DNA of 64,000 nucleotides from a virus (Duplodnaviria; Heunggongvirae; Uroviricota; Caudoviricetes): IMG/VR virus record IMGVR_UViG_2913147268_000005; one strand, 5' to 3'. Shown piece by piece: positions 59,811 to 64,000 of this stretch (position 1 is its first letter; each line of letters starts with the position of its first letter). The notes under the pieces were generated by a model. It saw only the letters and a program-made list of their open reading frames with translations, ran no database searches and was not told where the DNA came from. The position numbers and the translations under genes were made by a program.

Positions 59811-59977
59811 CTGTTTTCTCTGCTGGCGCAGCAGGTGTCAGGTGTTCAGGCTGACGTGCGAATTGTAAACCAGAATGCCAGAAAAAAACAAAACCCGCCG
59901 AACCGGGTTAAGTGCGGGTGCGTTGAGGATGCCTGACACATCAGAGGTGGCGAGGGATTTCTCCCCCGCCGGGTCTC

Positions 59978-60133
59978 TTACTCCTCAGGTTCGTAAGCTG
60001 TGAAGACAGCGACCTCCGTCTGGCCGGTTCGGATTCGTACCTCGCAGAGGTCTTTCCTCGTTACCAGTGCCGTCACTATGACGGTTAAACAGATGACGAT
60101 CAGGGCGATTAACATCGCCTTTTGCTGCTTCAT
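59978..60133 (-). CDS. hokD: Hok-family type I toxin HokD/RelF
   Basis: MKQQKAMLIALIVICLTVIVTALVTRKDLCEVRIRTGQTEVAVFTAYEPEE; ORF extends upstream as a mok-like frame. Confidence 0.85.
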   Translation of the reverse strand: MKQQKAMLIALIVICLTVIVTALVTRKDLCEVRIRTGQTEVAVFTAYEPEE

Positions 60134-60370
60134 AGCCTGCTTCCCCTTGCCTTTCGGCACGTAAGAGGCTAACCTACATTTGTGAGACATAGATTGGGCC
60201 TCAGATTAATGTTAAGCGTCTTGCAGGACGCGAAATGTTAACTGGGGCTTTTCTCTATCTGCCTTTCAGTGTTCATGCCTGAGACAGATAGCCTCAAGCA
60301 CCCGCAGCCATTCTACTTAACTCACGTCACCTCGCCAATATGAAATCAATCAGAAAGGTGATCCATAAAA

Positions 60371-61057
60371 TCACTCCTTCTCTTCTTTTCCGTAGTGGAG
60401 TTGGCCAATTTTGATAAGAGGGCGTCCCTGAGATTTGCGGTGTAGATTGGTATCGCGCAGAGAATACACACAGCCACAATATTCCTGCTGATAGAATTTT
60501 TCGCGCTTGCTGATTTCAATCATACGGGACGAGCCGCCCTGCTTGCGCCAGTTATAATCCCAGTACACCATACCCGGATAATGCGCAACAGCTCGCCGCC
60601 CACACTCGTTAACCTGCTGCATATTTTTCCAGCGTGAAATGCCCAGTGAACTGCTGATCACACTGAAACCATTTTCAGCAGCGTACAACGCTGTCCGCTC
60701 AAAACGCATGTCAAAACACATGGTACAACGGATCCCCCTCTCAGGCTCCCATTCCATTCCTTTGGCACGTTCAAACCAGTTGTCGGTGTCGTAATCAGCA
60801 TCGATAAACGGCACGCCGTGTTGTTCAGCAAAGCGAATATTTTCATCCTTACGAATTAAATACTCTTTCTGAGGATGAATGTTCGGGTTGTAGAAAAAGA
60901 TGGTGTAGTCGATTCCCGAGGCCTGAAGCGCCTCCATCACTTCACCGGAACATGGAGCACAGCAAGAGTGCAGTAGTAGTTTGTTTGCCCCGTTTGGGAG
61001 CTCCAATTTAGGCCGTTTGAAATCAGCAATAGTCATAAATATTTTTATTGGGGTCAT
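60371..61057 (-). CDS. queH: QueH-family (DUF208) epoxyqueuosine reductase homologue
   Basis: [15 protein letters not shown]-terminal motif and C-terminal [10 protein letters not shown], both QueH hallmarks. Confidence 0.65.
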   Translation of the reverse strand: MTPIKIFMTIADFKRPKLELPNGANKLLLHSCCAPCSGEVMEALQASGIDYTIFFYNPNIHPQKEYLIRKDENIRFAEQHGVPFIDADYDTDNWFERAKGMEWEPERGIRCTMCFDMRFERTALYAAENGFSVISSSLGISRWKNMQQVNECGRRAVAHYPGMVYWDYNWRKQGGSSRMIEISKREKFYQQEYCGCVYSLRDTNLHRKSQGRPLIKIGQLHYGKEEKE

Positions 61058-61210
61058 GAAAATAGCACAGAGTGTAGCATCAGAGCAGGGCTATCGGGAA
61101 TATATGTCTAAATCTGGTAATATCTGGTTTTGACGCAAAGCGGACAACCACGCTGGCTCTACCCTGCGCCATGAAAATGTCAATTCACATCTGAACTAAT
61201 GCTCTTTAAT

Positions 61211-61651
61211 CTAGTAACGTCTAAAATACCTAACATTTCCTTGATAAAATGCCAGTACACGCTGCATAGCTTCGCTCTTCCGGCACTCGCGACAGATTAT
61301 ATTCAGGCGCCTGTCGTAGCGGCGTATTTCGCCGTCTGGTAACGACCAGATAAGGTCCGGATCAACCACTGCAGGTTTCTTCACCTTTGCCCTTGAGAGT
61401 TTTTTGCGAGCATTTTGCCAGTCCTTACGCGCCTGTTCAGACGGGAATAACCCGTAACCAGAGTTGTATACATCGCCACTGGCAACCAGCTCTCTGGCGA
61501 GAACACTCATCAGATATCTTGTCGCACCTGTCTTGGCTTCCAGTTGCCGCAACGTCTCGCGACCGCTCAGACGTACAAGTTCAACAACCTGCCCTTTAAT
61601 TTTTTCCCGCTCTTCTTGTGTAAATACTTTTGCCATAAGCGCCTCCGGCAA
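61211..61651 (-). CDS. hypothetical phage early-region protein
   Basis: 146-aa ORF. Confidence 0.4.
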   Translation of the reverse strand: MPEALMAKVFTQEEREKIKGQVVELVRLSGRETLRQLEAKTGATRYLMSVLARELVASGDVYNSGYGLFPSEQARKDWQNARKKLSRAKVKKPAVVDPDLIWSLPDGEIRRYDRRLNIICRECRKSEAMQRVLAFYQGNVRYFRRY

Positions 61652-62422
61652 TCACTTTTCCGATACAACACGGCGGGAAGAATCAGTAATCTGTCGAACA
61701 ATATCCCGGTGCTTGTTCAGCTCCCGCAGCGCGGCGCAGACTCGCTCCCACTTCTGAACATCACTTTTCGCCCTGCGCAGCGCCAGGTTTGCCCTGCGAA
61801 GGGACGGAAAAATCAGCTCATCTGCTTGCGTTTCGGTAAACGATGGCAACGGCTGCACAATGTCCGCCACAGTTTCTGTTTTAATTTCTTCCTGTGTTGC
61901 GGCTTCCCGGACTGGTAACGCAGCACCTGCTGGCTGAGGAAAGGCCTTACCATCACTTTCCGTTACCAGCGCGGCTTTCGGCTCTGCTGGTAAATTATCG
62001 CCCGGCATGCAGTAACGAAATTTACCGTTCTGATTAACGCGTGCCAGCCGCCCCGTTGCGGTTACCACCGCCAGCGTGGAAGCAACCTTGCGAGTACTGA
62101 CACCGAACTTACCCGCCAGTTCCTCACACGTTTTAGCCCCATCCTGACCGATAAACTCAATCATCATGTCTGCGGTAACTTTTTGTTCGACCTCCCCGGT
62201 CAGCATATCCTGTGCTTCAGATTTTACTGGCCGCTCTTCGGTTACCCGGGATTCACCTTCGCCAGCCAGAAACCAGGTGTGACCAGTTTTATCAACGACG
62301 CCTTTTCTTTTGAGTTCCCACAGCTCGTTGACAGCCTCTTCACGACTGATTCCAAGGCGAGCTGCCACCACATGTGAAGAGGCTTTTTTCAGTGCTTTCA
62401 GTGCGTCAGATACGGTTTCCAT
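61652..62422 (-). CDS. hypothetical phage protein with N-terminal HTH-like domain
   Basis: 256-aa ORF, N-terminal SHVVAARLGISREEAVNELWELKRKGVV. Confidence 0.4.
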   Translation of the reverse strand: METVSDALKALKKASSHVVAARLGISREEAVNELWELKRKGVVDKTGHTWFLAGEGESRVTEERPVKSEAQDMLTGEVEQKVTADMMIEFIGQDGAKTCEELAGKFGVSTRKVASTLAVVTATGRLARVNQNGKFRYCMPGDNLPAEPKAALVTESDGKAFPQPAGAALPVREAATQEEIKTETVADIVQPLPSFTETQADELIFPSLRRANLALRRAKSDVQKWERVCAALRELNKHRDIVRQITDSSRRVVSEK

Positions 62423-62443
62423 TAAAATTTCCTCCGGACAAAA

Positions 62444-63190
62444 TTACTTCACAACCCTCATATTGCTGACATTTGGACGCCAGCTATCCCAGTTAAACGT
62501 CACCCATCGACCACCGTTCATGGTCATGCGGTCCATAATCCTCTCACCAAGAAGCGTACTCATTGCGGCATGATTCAGGTTTGTTAACATCCCGACACTG
62601 CACAGTGATGCTGTCCGGCGATCAATTATCTGGTGCAATACCACCTGCTCGTTTTTCGTCTCCCGCTGAACGCCTATTTCATCCAGGACCAGCAAATCAA
62701 CCCCGCAAAGCTCCTGTAAAAATTTTTCCCCGGATTTGCCGTTGTCGTAGCTGTCATGCAACACGCTCATGACGTCAGACACGGTGACGATAATCACGCT
62801 GCGCCCCTTCACCATCAGCCGGTTGCCCATCGCCGCTGCAAGGTGATTTTTCCCGGTGCCGGTTTTACCGCTGAACACAAAATTCGTGCACCCGGTCATC
62901 AGTTCGTCAGCTATGGATTTGGCCTGGCTCAGCGCGTATTTTTGCCCGTCGTTCTGCACCTGATAATTTGCAAACGAGCATTTGCTGTGCAGAGGCTGGA
63001 TGCCCGAACGATTCAGGATTTTTTCCACCCGCAACTGGCGATTCTGGCGGTTAATCTCCTCGCTGCGTTTTCGTCCTTCAGCAAGTTGCCATTCCCGCCA
63101 CTCCTCCACCGTCCGGTACGGTGGAACCGACCCCTGTGGTGCAAGTCTGCGAATACGTTCAAGAACCCCAACTGCCGCAATGTTTTTCAT
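62444..63190 (-). CDS. DnaC/IstB-like helicase loader (replication protein P analogue)
   Basis: Walker A FSGKTGTGKNHLAAAMG and Walker B DLLVLDEIG; directly downstream of the O-like gene. Confidence 0.8.
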   Translation of the reverse strand: MKNIAAVGVLERIRRLAPQGSVPPYRTVEEWREWQLAEGRKRSEEINRQNRQLRVEKILNRSGIQPLHSKCSFANYQVQNDGQKYALSQAKSIADELMTGCTNFVFSGKTGTGKNHLAAAMGNRLMVKGRSVIIVTVSDVMSVLHDSYDNGKSGEKFLQELCGVDLLVLDEIGVQRETKNEQVVLHQIIDRRTASLCSVGMLTNLNHAAMSTLLGERIMDRMTMNGGRWVTFNWDSWRPNVSNMRVVK

Positions 63191-63196
63191 GACACG

Positions 63197-64000
63197 TCAC
63201 CCCCTGAATCCCGGCGGTATTTCAGTGTCCGGTTCAGAAATGTGATTCACGCAACGCTGCGCAGGCGAACGCCCCAGGCGGATAACCAGTTCATCCCATT
63301 TTTCCCGGAGTTTTGCCGGACTCATGATGTTTTTTACCCAGAACGAATCCCGCTGGAGACGCCCAAACATTTCACAAATTTGTCTGTGAGTTCTGCCATC
63401 CAGCATCCGCATTGTGCGAACGTCATTGGCCCATGCTGTCCAGTTGGGTTCTTTCGGTCTAGTGATCTCGCCATCATAGCTGGCCGCCTGCTCGTAAAGA
63501 CTCACGATTCGTCCCCAGATCCACTGTGCGCACACCAAATCTTCCTGACTTCCCCACTGGCGTTTTTTCGCACTGAACACAACCGCGTCAGGGTGTCGGG
63601 TTAAAAAATCCTGTTCAGCCGTCTGCGGGTCCGGTTGCGAAGCGTCCGGACAAGAAGATCTTTTATCTGACGGATCAGGTTTTAATACTGACGGATCGGG
63701 GTCAATCATCGGCCCCCTAATCGGCAGTTTTTTATCAACAGTTGATCCATCAAAATTTGACGGGTCAACCGTTGAGGGGTCAATATTTGACGGGTCAACT
63801 GTTAACGGGTCATTTTTTGCCGGGCTAATTTTTCTTTTCGGTTTATATGACTCACGCGCCGCCGCCGCAGCTGCTTCGAGTTTTTCCACATTAAGCCGAT
63901 AGATATTGCTTACATTACGCCCACCGACCTTACGCTCTTCCTTCGTCAGCCAGCCCTCTTTCGCCAGTTCTGCAATAGCCGATTTCACTGTGGATTCACT
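63197..64000 (-). CDS. O-like replication initiator, C-terminal part (5' end outside window)
   Basis: ORF open to the window edge; iteron-like repeats inside the coding sequence. Confidence 0.6.
   Translation of the reverse strand, partial: SESTVKSAIAELAKEGWLTKEERKVGGRNVSNIYRLNVEKLEAAAAAARESYKPKRKISPAKNDPLTVDPSNIDPSTVDPSNFDGSTVDKKLPIRGPMIDPDPSVLKPDPSDKRSSCPDASQPDPQTAEQDFLTRHPDAVVFSAKKRQWGSQEDLVCAQWIWGRIVSLYEQAASYDGEITRPKEPNWTAWANDVRTMRMLDGRTHRQICEMFGRLQRDSFWVKNIMSPAKLREKWDELVIRLGRSPAQRCVNHISEPDTEIPPGFRG
63700..63830. repeat. iteron-like direct repeats (candidate ori) inside the O-like gene
   Basis: Repeated TTGACGGGTCAAC / GGGTCAA units translating to TVDPSN(I/F)D repeats. Confidence 0.55.

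Overview
This window reads as a scaffolded mosaic (three N runs: 39994-40233, 41425-41434, 55594-55603) of prophage, plasmid and IS material, so adjacency across gaps is uncertain. (1) 1-1745: lambda-like tail genes K-I-J, with J truncated and fused to the 3' part of a phage DNA methyltransferase, followed by two phage-borne tRNAs (Ile2-CAU type, Arg-UCU), an AT-rich moron locus and a rearranged nanS-p esterase pseudogene ending in an IS1 stub. (2) 5394-22246: a P2-like element with early genes, rolling-circle replicase gpA, a ParM/ParR partition module with parC-like palindromes, an A-to-Q accessory hotspot, P2-type head genes Q P O N M L, X and a lysis cassette, but no tail genes and no integrase. 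The hotspot carries an AT-rich two-gene membrane-protein cassette (11849-13228) that I cannot assign to any family; it is my top candidate for an undescribed defence or abortive-infection system. (3) 22243-42130: nanS-p, then a lambdoid late region on the minus strand (holin S, DUF1327-like, lysozyme R, Rz/Rz1, HNH, terminase, protease-capsid fusion, portal with tandem repeats, tail genes down to a truncated L). (4) 42.2-56.8 kb: hokE, scrambled IS66, IS100, IS26 ends, IS3 and IS110 elements, an F-like plasmid leading region (ssb', yubL, psiB, psiA) and a CP4-like remnant. (5) 56.8-64 kb: lambdoid Q, rusA, DUF968, hokD, a QueH homologue, DnaC-like and O-like replication genes with iterons. No stx, CRISPR or integrase was seen. 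All homology calls are from reading translations against memory, not database searches.
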